A DNA stretch of 64,000 nt from an uncultured Actinomycetes bacterium (GTDB taxonomy: Bacteria > Actinomycetota > Acidimicrobiia > Acidimicrobiales > Ilumatobacteraceae), in assembly GCA_963828405.1 (NCBI GenBank), contig CAWHEG010000027.1, positions 839 to 64,838 on the forward strand. Reading direction: 5' to 3'. Every line of letters begins with the position of its first letter. Positions within the stretch are counted from its first letter, which is position 1. Shown here in pieces: positions 17,881 through 29,184 of the stretch. The notes under the pieces were generated by a model. The model ran no database searches. It saw only the letters and a list, made by a program, of their open reading frames with translations, and was not told the origin of the DNA. The position numbers and the translations under genes are program-made.

Positions 17881-19051
17881 TCACCGGTCGAGAGGTTCGA
17901 CCCGGGTGGCGACGTCGGTGGCGGCGATCGCCTCGATCCCCGAGGCGAGGGGGAACGAGTGTTGTCCGCCGTGGACGACGAAGGCCTGGTCGAGCCGCAA
18001 CGTCTCGATCGCCGAGCGCAGTGAGCGGGTAACCGTGGGCGTCGCCGTACGTTTGATCTCGAAGCCGATGCGCTGGGTGCCGTCGACGATCAGGAGGTCG
18101 AGCTCGGCCCCGGAATGGGTGGACCAGAAGTACCGCTGCTCCGGGCGGCAACGGGTGAGAGCGACGATCTGCTGCAGGAGGAAGCCTTCCCATGACGCCC
18201 CGAGGATCGGATGCCGGTCGAGGGCGAGGCGATCGGGCAGGTCGAGCAGGGCATGGAGCAGTCCGCTGTCGGCGATGTACACCTTCGGCGCCTTCACCTG
18301 CCGCTTGCCGACGTTCTCGTGCCACGGTCGGAGCTGCTGGACCACGAGTGCGGAGGTCAACAGGTCGAGGTAGCGACGCACGGTCGAGTCGGCGACACCG
18401 AACGACGGATGAGAACCGGGCTCCGTTCCACACCTGGCCGTGGACATGGGCGAGCATGCGCCAGAAGCGGTCGTTCGTCGAAGCCGGCACCCGGCTGCCC
18501 AGCGTCGGCAGGTCGCGCTCGATGAATGTGCGGATGAAGTCGATGCGCCAGCGGAAGCTCGATGCGTCGTCGGGCGCCGTGAATGACCGCGGGAAGCCGC
18601 CGCGGCACCAGAGTCGTTCGAGGCTCGGTGCACCCGTTTCGTCGATGGTGAATGGCGGGAGGTCGTGGTAAGCGATCCGCCCGGCGAGTGTCTCGGAAGA
18701 CTGGCGGAGGAGTTCGGGGGCGGCGCTCCCGAGGACCAGGAATCGCCGTTCGGGGTGGCGGTCGATCAACGATCTCAGCACCGCGAAGATCTCCGGTCGT
18801 CGTTGCACCTCGTCGAGGATCACCAGGCCGTCGAGTCGGCCGAGGGCGAGCTCGGGCTCGCTGAGGCGGGCGATGTCGCTGGGTGATTCGAGATCGAAGT
18901 GGTGGACATCGCCGGGCCAGGACCGCGCGAGTTGTCCGGCCAGGGTGGTCTTGCCGACCTGGCGGGCGCCGATCAGAGCGACGCACGGCACCGTCGCCAT
19001 CAACCGCTCGATGCGGAGCAGGTGCTCCCGACGTTCGATCACCGGCAACAC
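17881..19051 (-). pseudogene. AAA ATPase of the AAA_14/DUF4143 family, frameshifted
   Basis: From GTG 19051 the N-terminal frame has Walker A (IGARQVGKTTL), Walker B (LVILDEVQ), and ...FWRMLAHVHGQVWNG. The rest (EPGSHPSFGVADSTVRRYLDLLTSALVVQQLRPWHENVGKRQVKAPKVYIADSGLLHALL...) is in another frame. The junction lies at about 18395-18430. Confidence 0.8.
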
Positions 19052-19065
19052 GTTAGACCATCGAG

Positions 19066-19102
19066 CATTGAAATATCAGCGGCAGCCGCTGATATTTCAA
19101 TG
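19066..19102. promoter_or_regulatory. 37-bp perfect AT-rich palindrome 15 nt upstream of the DUF4143 ATPase start
   Basis: cattgaaatatcagcggc-a-gccgctgatatttcaatg. It is followed by the direct repeats caatgttgtccg(g)agct at 19098-19114 and 19145-19160. Confidence 0.65.
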
Positions 19103-19249
19103 TTGTCCGGAGCTCTGAGTCGGTCCGACGACGGGACTCGCAGCCAATGTTGTCCGAGCTGCGGGGTGATCTCGATGAGGGCGCGCCGGGACTCTGCCTG
19201 ACCGCCAGCCAACGGTGGCAGGCGAACGACTCACGAAGGTGTCGGAGTT

Positions 19250-19816
19250 CTACCCGCCCGGTCGCCTGCGGTAGTGGAGGTGGACGACTCCGCCGGCGAA
19301 CCGTCGTTGGCCGATCAGTTCGAGGTCGACCCGCACGTCGTGGGGGAGTCCCGGTTTGCCGCCACCGACGATGATCGGGCAGACGAAGAGGTGGACCTCG
19401 TCGACCAGGCCGGCACGGAACGCGTGTTGCGCCAGGTCGGGACCGCTGACGCTGATGTCGGCGTCGCTGCGCTCCTTCATGCGACGGACCGTCGCGGGGT
19501 CGAAGTCGCGTTCGAGGCGGGTGCGCGGCGTGGACACGGTGTCCAGCGTGCGGGAGTAGACGACCTTGTCGAGGGTCCGCCACACCTCGGCGAAGTGCGC
19601 CTCCTCCGCCGACAGGCCGGGTTCGTCGCCGACGGTCTGCCAGACGGCCATCGTCTCGTACATCCGCCGCCCGTAGAGCTGCGTGCCGACGGTCTGTTCG
19701 AGTTCGTTGGCGGCCCGGTGCACCTCGGCGTCGGGCACCGCCCAGTCGAAGCGACCGTCACGATCCTCGATGTAGCCGTCCAGCGATGTGATCGCCGCGT
19801 AGATGAGCTTGCCCAT
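19250..19816 (-). CDS. Dihydrofolate reductase family protein (RibD C-terminal domain type), paralog 2
   Basis: MGKLIYAAITSLDGYIEDRDGRFDW...ISVSGPDLAQHAFRAGLVDEVHLFVCPIIVGGG. I start it at ATG 19816, which has GGAGA upstream. Confidence 0.88.
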   Translation of the reverse strand: MGKLIYAAITSLDGYIEDRDGRFDWAVPDAEVHRAANELEQTVGTQLYGRRMYETMAVWQTVGDEPGLSAEEAHFAEVWRTLDKVVYSRTLDTVSTPRTRLERDFDPATVRRMKERSDADISVSGPDLAQHAFRAGLVDEVHLFVCPIIVGGGKPGLPHDVRVDLELIGQRRFAGGVVHLHYRRRPGG

Positions 19817-19832
19817 GATGTCTCCGCCGACC

Positions 19833-20555
19833 TCACCGACCGGTCGTCGGCGCACCCTTGGCGGTGACACCGATGGCCGGTCGGTCGGCGATGCGACGGT
19901 TCGAGGCGTCGACGTCGGTGAGCCCGGCGGCCCGCAGGAGGCGGCCCATCTCGTCGGCGTCGATCATCGTGAAGCCGTGCCGGTCGTGGTGCTGATCGGT
20001 TCCGAATCGTCGATGCTCGGGATGCGACGGGTCGGTGAACACCTCGTCGACGAGCAGGATCCGGCCGTCGGGTCGCAGCACACGGGCGATCTCGGCGACG
20101 GCGCGCTCGACGTCGACCCAGTGGTGCATCGAGTTCACCGCCCAGACCGCATCGACGCTGCGAGCGTCGACCGGGATGCGCTCCGCGGCACCGTCGACCA
20201 CCTCGATGTTGGCGCGGTGACGGCCGAACATGCGCCGCGTGCGCAGCACCCGGCGCACGAACGGCGTGGGCTCGACGGCGATCACATGGGCGCCGGCCGC
20301 CGCGGCGCGCATCGCGCCAGCGCCCATCCCGGCACCGATGTCGACCACCCGTTCCCCCGGTTTCGGATCGACCAGGCCGACGACGGCGGTGTTGATCGCC
20401 GATCGCCACATCTGCGGGAACCAGTGGAGGTAGCGCAGCGCACCCCTGATCCCCTGATCGTGCTCGTGCCCGTGATGGCGGTGGTCATCCCCGTGCGGGT
20501 GACCGCCGCCCTGAGGTTGTTCACCGTGGACGTGCTCGGTGTTCCCGTTCGTCAT
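19833..20555 (-). CDS. Class I SAM-dependent methyltransferase with a His-rich N-terminus
   Basis: Motif I is VVDIGAGMGAG. Also present: AVNSMHHW and LRPDGRILLVDE. The N-terminus is HVHGEQPQGGGHPHGDDHRHHGHEHD. I start it at ATG 20555. Confidence 0.85.
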   Translation of the reverse strand: MTNGNTEHVHGEQPQGGGHPHGDDHRHHGHEHDQGIRGALRYLHWFPQMWRSAINTAVVGLVDPKPGERVVDIGAGMGAGAMRAAAAGAHVIAVEPTPFVRRVLRTRRMFGRHRANIEVVDGAAERIPVDARSVDAVWAVNSMHHWVDVERAVAEIARVLRPDGRILLVDEVFTDPSHPEHRRFGTDQHHDRHGFTMIDADEMGRLLRAAGLTDVDASNRRIADRPAIGVTAKGAPTTGR

Positions 20556-20592
20556 TCGATCATCATCGCATCCCGTCGGAGCTGACGCTCTG

Positions 20593-20850
20593 ATGAGTCC
20601 CCGGGGTGTCGCCAAGCACGAGCTCGAGGACCTGTGGGTACAGATCGATGCGATCGTGGTCAGTGCTCCGGTGATCCGCTCGGCTGGACACCTCGCCGAA
20701 CACGACCGGTTACGCGGCTACGACGCCGTTCATCTTGCCGCAGCGCTGTCGGCGGGTGCGACGGTGTTCGCCACCGCCGACGACCGTCTGCTCGACGCGG
20801 CCCGGCGCCACGGGATGGGTGTCGCCAACCCGCTCGAACTCCCGAACTGA
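20593..20850 (+). pseudogene. C-terminal fragment of a PIN-domain (VapC-like) toxin
   Basis: ...AGHLAEHDRLRGYDAVHLAAALSAGATVFATADDRLLDAARRHGMGV matches the C-terminal half of PIN toxins. The N-terminal acidic-residue strand is absent, and there is no antitoxin ORF. Confidence 0.5.
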
Positions 20851-20908
20851 GTCGGAGAGCTCTGCCAATCCGGCCCGAAGTGCGCCTGCGTCATTCGTCG
20901 CCGACGGT

Positions 20909-22825
20909 TCACAGCCCGATCGACGTCGCCCAGGCGGCGAGCATCACCAGGTCCCACACGAGGTAGGGCTGGTCGGTGTTCGGCGCCCGCTGCGCCTCCG
21001 CCCACGCCGCCATCACCGGCCGCATGTCGAGGCCCATGCCGGTCAGGGTCGGCGAGTGCAGGTGCTCGTCGACCCACGTCCGCAGCGGGCCGGCCATCCA
21101 CAGCCCGAGGGGAATGCCGAAGCCGGCCTTCGGCCGTTCCCACATCTCGCGTGGCACGTGGCGGGCGAGCACGTCACGCAGCGGTGCCTTGGTCACGCCG
21201 TCGCGGATCCGCTGGCCGATCGGGATGCGGTAGGCGAGCTCGAACACGTCGCGCCCGAGGAACGGGGCGCGCACCTCGAGGCTCGGGTACATCGACGCCC
21301 GATCGACCTTCGTCAGGATCTCGTCGGGCAGGTACTCGGCGAGGTCGGCGACGAGCAGCGCCTCCTGCACGCCGAGGCGCGGGTTCCAGCCGGGCGGCAG
21401 CCACGGTGGCAGATCGAGGCCGGTGATCCCGCCCGGGCTCAGCCAGTGGCCGACGGCGCGCCGGCGCAGCTCCATCAACGAGGCGGCATCGGTCATCCGG
21501 GTCAGCTTGGCCAGCTTGATCTCCAGGATGCGCTGGTCGCGCAGGCCGGGCACGAAGCCCGCCGCCCTGGCCAGCATCCGCGGCGACACGCCGCCGACCA
21601 CGCGGCCGGCCACCCGCCGGGCGCGCAGCGGCACCCGATCGAGCCGCGACCACACCTTGGGCAGCCACACGTGGCGGTTGTAGCCGCCGAACATCTCGTC
21701 GCCGCCGTCGCCGCCCAACGCCACGGTCACCGAGCGCCGCGCCAACTCCGACACCAGCAGGGTCGGCAGCTGCGACGAGTCGGCGAACGGCTCGTCGTAG
21801 GCGGCGATCACCCGCTCGATCGCCGCCATCGCCTCGGGCGGCTTGACGATCAGCTCGGTGTGCTCGGTGCCCAGATGGGCGGCGACCTGGCGGGCCCAGG
21901 CCGACTCGTCGAACCCGGCCTCGTCGAGCCCGATGGTGAACGTCCTCACCGGATGACTCGAGCGGCTCTGCGCCAGGGCGGTGACGAGCGTCGAGTCGAT
22001 CCCGCCGGAGAGGAACACCCCGACGGGTACGTCGGCGCACAGCTGGGCCTCGATCGTGTCGCCGAGGACCCGCTCGACCCGGTCGGCGATCGCCCGCGGA
22101 GACTCGAGGATCGGGTCGCCGCCCAGCCGCTCCGCCTCGACCCACGGATCGAAGTAGCGCACGTCGGTCCGCCGGCCGGCGGCGTCGAAGGTGGTGATCG
22201 CACCGGGCATCACCTTGCGCACATCGCGGTAGATGGTCAGCGGCGCCGGGATCATCCGGAACTCGAGGAACCGGTGGACCGCCTCGGGATCGACCTCGAA
22301 GGCTCCCAGCCCCGGCTGGCCCAGCGCCCGCAGGTCCGAGGCGAACGAGACCACCCCGTTGCGCCGGCAGAAGACGAGCGGCTTCTCGCCGAAGCGGTCG
22401 CGGGCGAGGTGCAGCTCACGCCTGGAGGCGTCCCAGGCGGCGAAGGCGAACATCCCGTCGAGGAGCTGCAGCGTCCGCTCGACCCCGAGCAGGTCGATCA
22501 GCTCGACGAGCACCTCGGTGTCGCTGCCCCCGCGGAACGGGTGGGCCCCGAGGCGGGAGTGCAACGAACGGTGGTTGTAGATCTCGCCGTTGAACACGAT
22601 CGTCCAGCGGCCCGAACGACTGGTCATCGGCTGGGCGCCCGCCTCGCTCAGCTCGACCACCGACAGCCGCCGGTGCCCGAGCACGATCCCATCGTGGCCG
22701 GCCCACATCCGTGACAGGTCGGGCCCCCGCCGGGCCATCGCCTCGCTCATCCCGGCCACGGCGACCTCGCGGGCCTGCTCGGACATCCGCCCGCCGGGAT
22801 CCCAGACGCCGCCGATCCCACACAT
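20909..22825 (-). CDS. Asparagine synthase family amidotransferase (glutamine-hydrolysing, AsnB-like)
   Basis: The start MCGIGG supplies the N-terminal Cys nucleophile. The PP-loop is VGVFLSGGIDSTLV. I start it at ATG 22825, which overlaps the upstream stop by 1 nt. Confidence 0.93.
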   Translation of the reverse strand: MCGIGGVWDPGGRMSEQAREVAVAGMSEAMARRGPDLSRMWAGHDGIVLGHRRLSVVELSEAGAQPMTSRSGRWTIVFNGEIYNHRSLHSRLGAHPFRGGSDTEVLVELIDLLGVERTLQLLDGMFAFAAWDASRRELHLARDRFGEKPLVFCRRNGVVSFASDLRALGQPGLGAFEVDPEAVHRFLEFRMIPAPLTIYRDVRKVMPGAITTFDAAGRRTDVRYFDPWVEAERLGGDPILESPRAIADRVERVLGDTIEAQLCADVPVGVFLSGGIDSTLVTALAQSRSSHPVRTFTIGLDEAGFDESAWARQVAAHLGTEHTELIVKPPEAMAAIERVIAAYDEPFADSSQLPTLLVSELARRSVTVALGGDGGDEMFGGYNRHVWLPKVWSRLDRVPLRARRVAGRVVGGVSPRMLARAAGFVPGLRDQRILEIKLAKLTRMTDAASLMELRRRAVGHWLSPGGITGLDLPPWLPPGWNPRLGVQEALLVADLAEYLPDEILTKVDRASMYPSLEVRAPFLGRDVFELAYRIPIGQRIRDGVTKAPLRDVLARHVPREMWERPKAGFGIPLGLWMAGPLRTWVDEHLHSPTLTGMGLDMRPVMAAWAEAQRAPNTDQPYLVWDLVMLAAWATSIGL

Positions 22826-23919
22826 CAGCGCAGACCCTCGTAGATCGCCTCGATGCGGCTCACAGCCCGCCGGGCGTCGAAGCGGGAGGCCCGGGCCCGT
22901 GCGTTGACCGTGTACGCGGCCCGGGTCGCGGGAGCGTCGGCGAGGGCGACGATCGCCGCCGCCAGCCGGTCGGGCGCGCCGGCCGGCACGAGATCGCCGC
23001 ACGGGTCGGCCCCGCCGACGGCCTCGCCGAGGCCGCCGACGTCGGTGGCCACGACCGGGATCCCGGCGTCGAGCGCCTCCATGATCGCCACCGGCAACCC
23101 CTCGTGGTGCGACGAGAGGCAGAAGATGTCGGCGGCGGCGAGCAGGCGCCGGGCGTCGGGCCGGTAGCCGAGGAAGCGGACGTGGTCGCCGAGCCCGCGT
23201 CGGGCGATCGCCGCGGTGAACTCGGCCTCGAGCGGCCCCTGGCCGATCCACACGAACCGGACGCCGGGCTCGGCGGCGACCACCCGCTCGGCGGCGGCCA
23301 GCAGGTCGAGGGGGGCCTTCTCGACCCGCAGGTTGGCGACCGTCATCACCACCACGTCGGACGCGTCGAACCCCAGCTCGCCGCGCACGTCCGCCCGCTC
23401 CTGCGCCGACGGCGCACCGGCCAACTCGATCCCGTGATGGAGCACCTCGGACGGGCAGCCGCGGTTCCACCACACCGAGGCGCGGACGCCCTCGGAGACG
23501 AAGATCCGGTGGGCGTCGAGCGGCGAGGTGACGGCGTTGGCCAGGCGGGTCGCCAGGCGGTACTGGGCCCAGCGGTTGTGCTCGGTGTAGACGACCGGTG
23601 ACCGCGTGGCGATCGCCACCAGCCGGACCAGTGGCGCCAGCGACGGCGAGTGGACGTGCACCACCCGACCCCGCCGTTGCCACAGCAGCCGGCACAGCCG
23701 CAGGTAGCCGACGCCGCGCGGCCCGCCGCGGCCGAGGTCGTGGACCGTCGCCCCGGCCTCGGCGAAGGCGGGCGCCAGATGGGCGCGGTCGGGGCGCACG
23801 AAGCCGATCTCGGCGCCGCGGCCGGCCTCACGGGCGAGGCGGGCCTGGGTGAGCAGCAGGTGCTCGGCTCCTCCGGGGCCGAGGCCCTTGACCAACCACA
23901 GCACCTCCGGGCGACTCAT
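22825..23919 (-). CDS. Glycosyltransferase family 4
   Basis: LWLVKGLGPGGAEHLLL..., VYTEHN, CLSSHHEGLPVAIMEALDAGIPVVATDVGGLGEAV. I start it at ATG 23919. Confidence 0.92.
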   Translation of the reverse strand: MSRPEVLWLVKGLGPGGAEHLLLTQARLAREAGRGAEIGFVRPDRAHLAPAFAEAGATVHDLGRGGPRGVGYLRLCRLLWQRRGRVVHVHSPSLAPLVRLVAIATRSPVVYTEHNRWAQYRLATRLANAVTSPLDAHRIFVSEGVRASVWWNRGCPSEVLHHGIELAGAPSAQERADVRGELGFDASDVVVMTVANLRVEKAPLDLLAAAERVVAAEPGVRFVWIGQGPLEAEFTAAIARRGLGDHVRFLGYRPDARRLLAAADIFCLSSHHEGLPVAIMEALDAGIPVVATDVGGLGEAVGGADPCGDLVPAGAPDRLAAAIVALADAPATRAAYTVNARARASRFDARRAVSRIEAIYEGLR

Positions 23920-25238
23920 CCCGGGCGGCCGAGGCGCGGCCGGCCCGCCGGCCGGCCGGCCCGCCGGTCGGCCACGAGCGCCATCCACGGCTTGTCGTCG
24001 GTCGCCGTGTCCAGCGATGCGCGGGCCGGTTCCTCGGGCGCGGGCGGATCGGCCGGGCGGACGGCGAGCAGGACGAAGAACAACGGCAGCAGCTGGGTGC
24101 GCTGGCGGGCGAGGATGCCGAAGTTGGCGATGTAGCTGAACGGGATGACGAAGGCCAGCGTGTAGGCCATGGCGAAGCGGATGTGGACCTCGCTGTTGAA
24201 CAGGCGCAGGGCGTTGCGCAGCCGGTCGCGGCTCTTGACGGCGATCACCAGCAGGATCATCGATTCCAGCGCGCCGACCAGTTGTTGCGGCGAACGGGTG
24301 TCGAGCAGCGGCAAGGGCCGGAACAACACGGTGACGATGCCGAACGGCAGCATCAGCGGCGTGGTCACCGCCGCCGGGGCGAACTGCGAACCGCCCTGCG
24401 CCGTCTGGCCGGTCGTCCGCTCGAGCACCGAGCTGATCGACTTGCCGGCCGTTCCGTCCTCGTTGGTCCCCGTGCCGAAGGTCGAGCTGAGGGTGTTCGA
24501 GGCGAAGGTGAGCACACCGACGGCGATCGCCACCATCAGGATCGTCCGGCCGAGCCCGCCGCCGCGCCGCGGCCAGACCTGGGCGACGACGAAGGCGACG
24601 GCGGCGATGGCCACCAGGTGCCCGCGGATCGCCGCCGCCCCGTACATCCCCCCGACCAGGCAGGCCATCCCGAGCGGGTTGCCCAGCCGCTTGCCGAGGA
24701 GCGCCGCGCCGTACGTCGTCAGGCCGAGCATCATCAGCATCCAGGCGTCCTTGCCCAGGCTGGAAGGCCAGTAGATCAGCGTCGGCACGCAGAACAGCAG
24801 CAGGGCGTAGCGGGTGGCGTCGATGCTCGGGAAGGCGATCACCGCGGCCTTGTAGAACAGCACCGTGCCCAACCAGCCGAACAGGGTGAACACGAAGAAG
24901 CCGGCGGTGATGTTGGTGCCGACGAACTGGTAGACGACGGCGAGGATCCTGATCAGCGCCTCGGAGTCCTTGCCCTGGGGTGCCCAGCCGACGAAGATCG
25001 GGTCGATCCCCTCCCGCTTGGCCTGGAGCAGGAACGTGGCCTGGGTGTTGTAGAACTCGCTGTCGGCCACCCCGCCGTAGACGGCGCCGATGACCAGGCG
25101 CCGGGCGAGCATCCCGACGACGTGGAGCATCAGGCCGCGGCGGATGATCCGCTGGATCCGCGGCGACGGGTCGACGCGCTCGGCCACGACGAGGGCCACG
25201 GCGTAGAGCAGCCCGACCGTGATCGCGAAGCGGATCAC
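23916..25238 (-). CDS. Polytopic membrane protein, probable polysaccharide polymerase (Wzy-type)
   Basis: It has about 10 or more hydrophobic segments with a large loop (GTGTNEDGTAGKSISSVLERTTGQTAQGG). It has a 4-nt overlap with the downstream GT and sits in an operon with GT and sugar transferase genes. The functional call rests on context only. Confidence 0.7.
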   Translation of the reverse strand: MIRFAITVGLLYAVALVVAERVDPSPRIQRIIRRGLMLHVVGMLARRLVIGAVYGGVADSEFYNTQATFLLQAKREGIDPIFVGWAPQGKDSEALIRILAVVYQFVGTNITAGFFVFTLFGWLGTVLFYKAAVIAFPSIDATRYALLLFCVPTLIYWPSSLGKDAWMLMMLGLTTYGAALLGKRLGNPLGMACLVGGMYGAAAIRGHLVAIAAVAFVVAQVWPRRGGGLGRTILMVAIAVGVLTFASNTLSSTFGTGTNEDGTAGKSISSVLERTTGQTAQGGSQFAPAAVTTPLMLPFGIVTVLFRPLPLLDTRSPQQLVGALESMILLVIAVKSRDRLRNALRLFNSEVHIRFAMAYTLAFVIPFSYIANFGILARQRTQLLPLFFVLLAVRPADPPAPEEPARASLDTATDDKPWMALVADRRAGRPAGRPRLGRPG

Positions 25239-25401
25239 CGCCGCGCTCCGTTCGACCGGGCGCGCCCATCGACGTCGGGCAGCGATCGCCTCGGCGCCGG
25301 GGACGGGTCCAAGCCTGCCAAGGTACTGGAGGACGTCGCCTGCCTACCGGTCACCACCAGGTCGTGGTTCATGCGGGCCCGTGGACCGGGTCGGCCGATC
25401 C

Positions 25402-26534
<1,133 letters not shown>

Positions 26535-26538
<4 letters not shown>

Positions 26539-27290
26539 GAGGCGGAGCGCTCGAGCTCGACGGCGAGCAGCTCCAGCCCGGAAGCCCTGCCGACCGGAAC
26601 GGCCGGGACCGCGTCGTCCGTCGTGGTCATCCGGCCATCGACGGGTGGGCGATGTGCGGTTGGACGCTGCGCACGCGTGCGCTTGACCGTGCCGTGGAAC
26701 ACGGGCATCGTGGTGTGCTCGCCGTGGGAGATGCCGGTCCGGCCGAGCACGACCTTGACCGTGTCGAGCAGGATCCGCGCCTCCATCCGCCAGGTCCAGC
26801 GCTCGACATAGGTCACATCGTAGGCGAACCGCTTCTGCCACGACATCGCGTTGCGCCCCTGCGTCTGGGCCAGGCCGGTCAGGCCGGGTCGCATCTTCAA
26901 TCGCCGGGACTCGTAGCTGCTGTAGCGCTCGACGTACTCGATCGGCAGCGGCCGGGGCCCGACCAGGCTCATGTCGCCGCGCAGGATGTTGACGAACTGG
27001 GGGAGCTCGTCGAGGCTCGTCGCCCGGATGAAGCGGCCGAGCCTCGTCATCCGCTGCTCGTCGGGGAGCAACGTGCCGTCGGCGTCGGTGGCATGCGTCA
27101 TCGTGCGGAACTTGTAGAGCGAGAACGAGCGCGAATGCCGCCCGGCGCGGGTCGAAGCGTGCAGGACAGGGCGTCCCTGGACGATCAGGCAGGCCAGCGT
27201 GATCAGCAGCAGGACCGGGATCAGCACGACCAGGCCGATCACCGAGACGGCCAGGTCGATCGTTCGTTTCAGCAACCGCCGAGCCACCAT
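26535..27290 (-). CDS. Small phosphoglycosyl transferase ('bacterial sugar transferase', PglC/WbaP C-terminal type)
   Basis: It has a single N-terminal TM segment, then KFRTM...DELPQFVNILRGDMSLVGPRP...PGLTGLAQ. I start it at ATG 27290 (MVARRLLKR). Confidence 0.92.
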
Positions 27291-27488
27291 GTTCCGCCTC
27301 TTTCCGCCACGCATCGACCACTCTCCACAGTCACGATGACGGTAGCGCGCGCGACCGGATCAGCGAAGAGAGTCGACCGGACCATTTCGGCGGGCCCGAC
27401 CCGACCGGACCACCGAGCGGGGGCGGCGTAGGCTGCGCAGGCGGGAGCCGCTCGGTTCGACGGCCACCCCCGGACCCTAGGACTGCCC

Positions 27489-29171
27489 ATGTTGGATCCT
27501 CGCCTCTACCTCAACCTCATCCGCAGGAACATCCTGATCCTGATCGTCGTGCCCGTCGTCTTCGGCGGGATCGCCTACTACCGGGCCGCCCAGCAGCCCA
27601 AGATCTACACGGCGGCGGCGACGATCCTGCTGCGCCCGAACGACCCGAGCGAGCAGCTGGGCTCCTCCGGCCAGACGGGGACCGACCTCAGCCAGGGGAT
27701 CGACGCCTACGCCCGAGCGCTGGCGACGATCGCCCAGGGCCCCGAGGTCCGCGAGGCCGCGGCGGCCCTGATGGGCACCATCACGGCCGCCGAGATCGGC
27801 GGGGCGGTCAGCGTCATCCCCCAGTCGGCGACCAGCAGCCTGCTCGTGACGGCGACGACGCTGGTTCCCGAGCGGTCGCTGGCGATCGTCAACGCCGTCG
27901 GCACCGCCTACGTCGAACAGCGCCGCAGGACGGCGGTGACCGGTCTGCAGCGGGCGATCGACGACCTCAACAAGAACATCGCCCGCCTCGAGGAGAAGCT
28001 GGCCACCCTCGCCTCGGAGCCCGACGGACCGCCGCGTGAGGCTGCGCTGGCGACGGCGCAGGCGCAGTTCCAGACCCTCTCGGAACGCCAGCTCACCCTG
28101 TCGATCGACAAGGAGCTCAAGCGGGGCGAGGCCGAGTTCATCCCCAGCGACCGGGTGCCGTCGGCGCCGGTCGCCCCCTACCCGCGCCATGATGCCTCGC
28201 GAGCGGCGCTCCTCGGTCTGGCCATCGCCGCCGCGCTCGTCTTCCTGCGCGACTATCTCGACACCCGGATCCGTTCCCGCGAGGAGATCGAGCAGCTCAC
28301 CGGGCTGTCGGCGCTGGCCGAGATCCCGATCGACCGTCATGGTTCGCGCGATCCCAATTACGTCTCGGCCATCCAATCCCCCGACGGTGTGCTCTCCGAG
28401 GCGATCCGCTCGCTGCGCGTGTCGCTGCGCTTCCTGAGTCTCGACACGCCGCTCAAGGTCCTGCTGGTGACCAGCCCGACCCCGGGCGACGGCAAGTCGA
28501 CCGTGGCCACCAACCTCGCCGCGTCCTACGCCCAGGCGGGCGCCCGCACCCTGCTCGTCTCGGCCGACCTTCGCCGCCCGCGGATCGAACAACTCACCGC
28601 GGCGACCAGCGGCTCGGGACTGGTCGAGCTGCTGACGGAGATGGCGGGGGAGGAGGAACGGCGCAGGCGGGGCCGCAGGTCCGAGGTGCGCCCGTCGGCG
28701 GCCGACCGGGCGGTCACCCTGCTCCCGCCGCCACCGGCGCGCCGGCGCACGGACACTCCGACCGTCCCGAGCCCCGGCGTGGACATCGCCGCCTGGTGCC
28801 ACCACGACATCGACAACCTGTGGGTGCTTCCTGCCGGCCAGCCGATCGCCAACCCGGTCGAGATCCTCGGCTCGCCGGTGGCCAAGGACTTCTTCAACCT
28901 CGCCCGCGAGACGTTCGACATGGTCATCGTCGACACCCCGCCGATCGTCGCCGTGTCCGACACCCTCGTGATGTCGCCGATCGTCGACGGCATCCTGCTC
29001 GTCGCCTCGCTGCGCAGCACCCACCGCAAGCCGGTGTTGCGGGCGATGGAACTGCTCGCCTCGGTGCAGGCCAACCCGATCGGCGTCGTCGTCAACCGGG
29101 TGCCCCGTGGCACCTACTACGGCGGCTACTACGGCGCTTCCTACGCCGAGACGGCCGACAAGCGGCCGTAG
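27489..29171 (+). CDS. Polysaccharide co-polymerase / tyrosine autokinase (Wzz domain plus BY-kinase), paralog 1
   Basis: It has an N-terminal TM segment and a coiled-coil periplasmic domain. Walker A is SPTPGDGKST, A' is LVSADLRRP, and B is MVIVDTPP. The C-terminal Tyr cluster is GTYYGGYYGASY. Confidence 0.92.
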   Translation: MLDPRLYLNLIRRNILILIVVPVVFGGIAYYRAAQQPKIYTAAATILLRPNDPSEQLGSSGQTGTDLSQGIDAYARALATIAQGPEVREAAAALMGTITAAEIGGAVSVIPQSATSSLLVTATTLVPERSLAIVNAVGTAYVEQRRRTAVTGLQRAIDDLNKNIARLEEKLATLASEPDGPPREAALATAQAQFQTLSERQLTLSIDKELKRGEAEFIPSDRVPSAPVAPYPRHDASRAALLGLAIAAALVFLRDYLDTRIRSREEIEQLTGLSALAEIPIDRHGSRDPNYVSAIQSPDGVLSEAIRSLRVSLRFLSLDTPLKVLLVTSPTPGDGKSTVATNLAASYAQAGARTLLVSADLRRPRIEQLTAATSGSGLVELLTEMAGEEERRRRGRRSEVRPSAADRAVTLLPPPPARRRTDTPTVPSPGVDIAAWCHHDIDNLWVLPAGQPIANPVEILGSPVAKDFFNLARETFDMVIVDTPPIVAVSDTLVMSPIVDGILLVASLRSTHRKPVLRAMELLASVQANPIGVVVNRVPRGTYYGGYYGASYAETADKRP

Positions 29172-29184
29172 GCCGGACGTTCGC

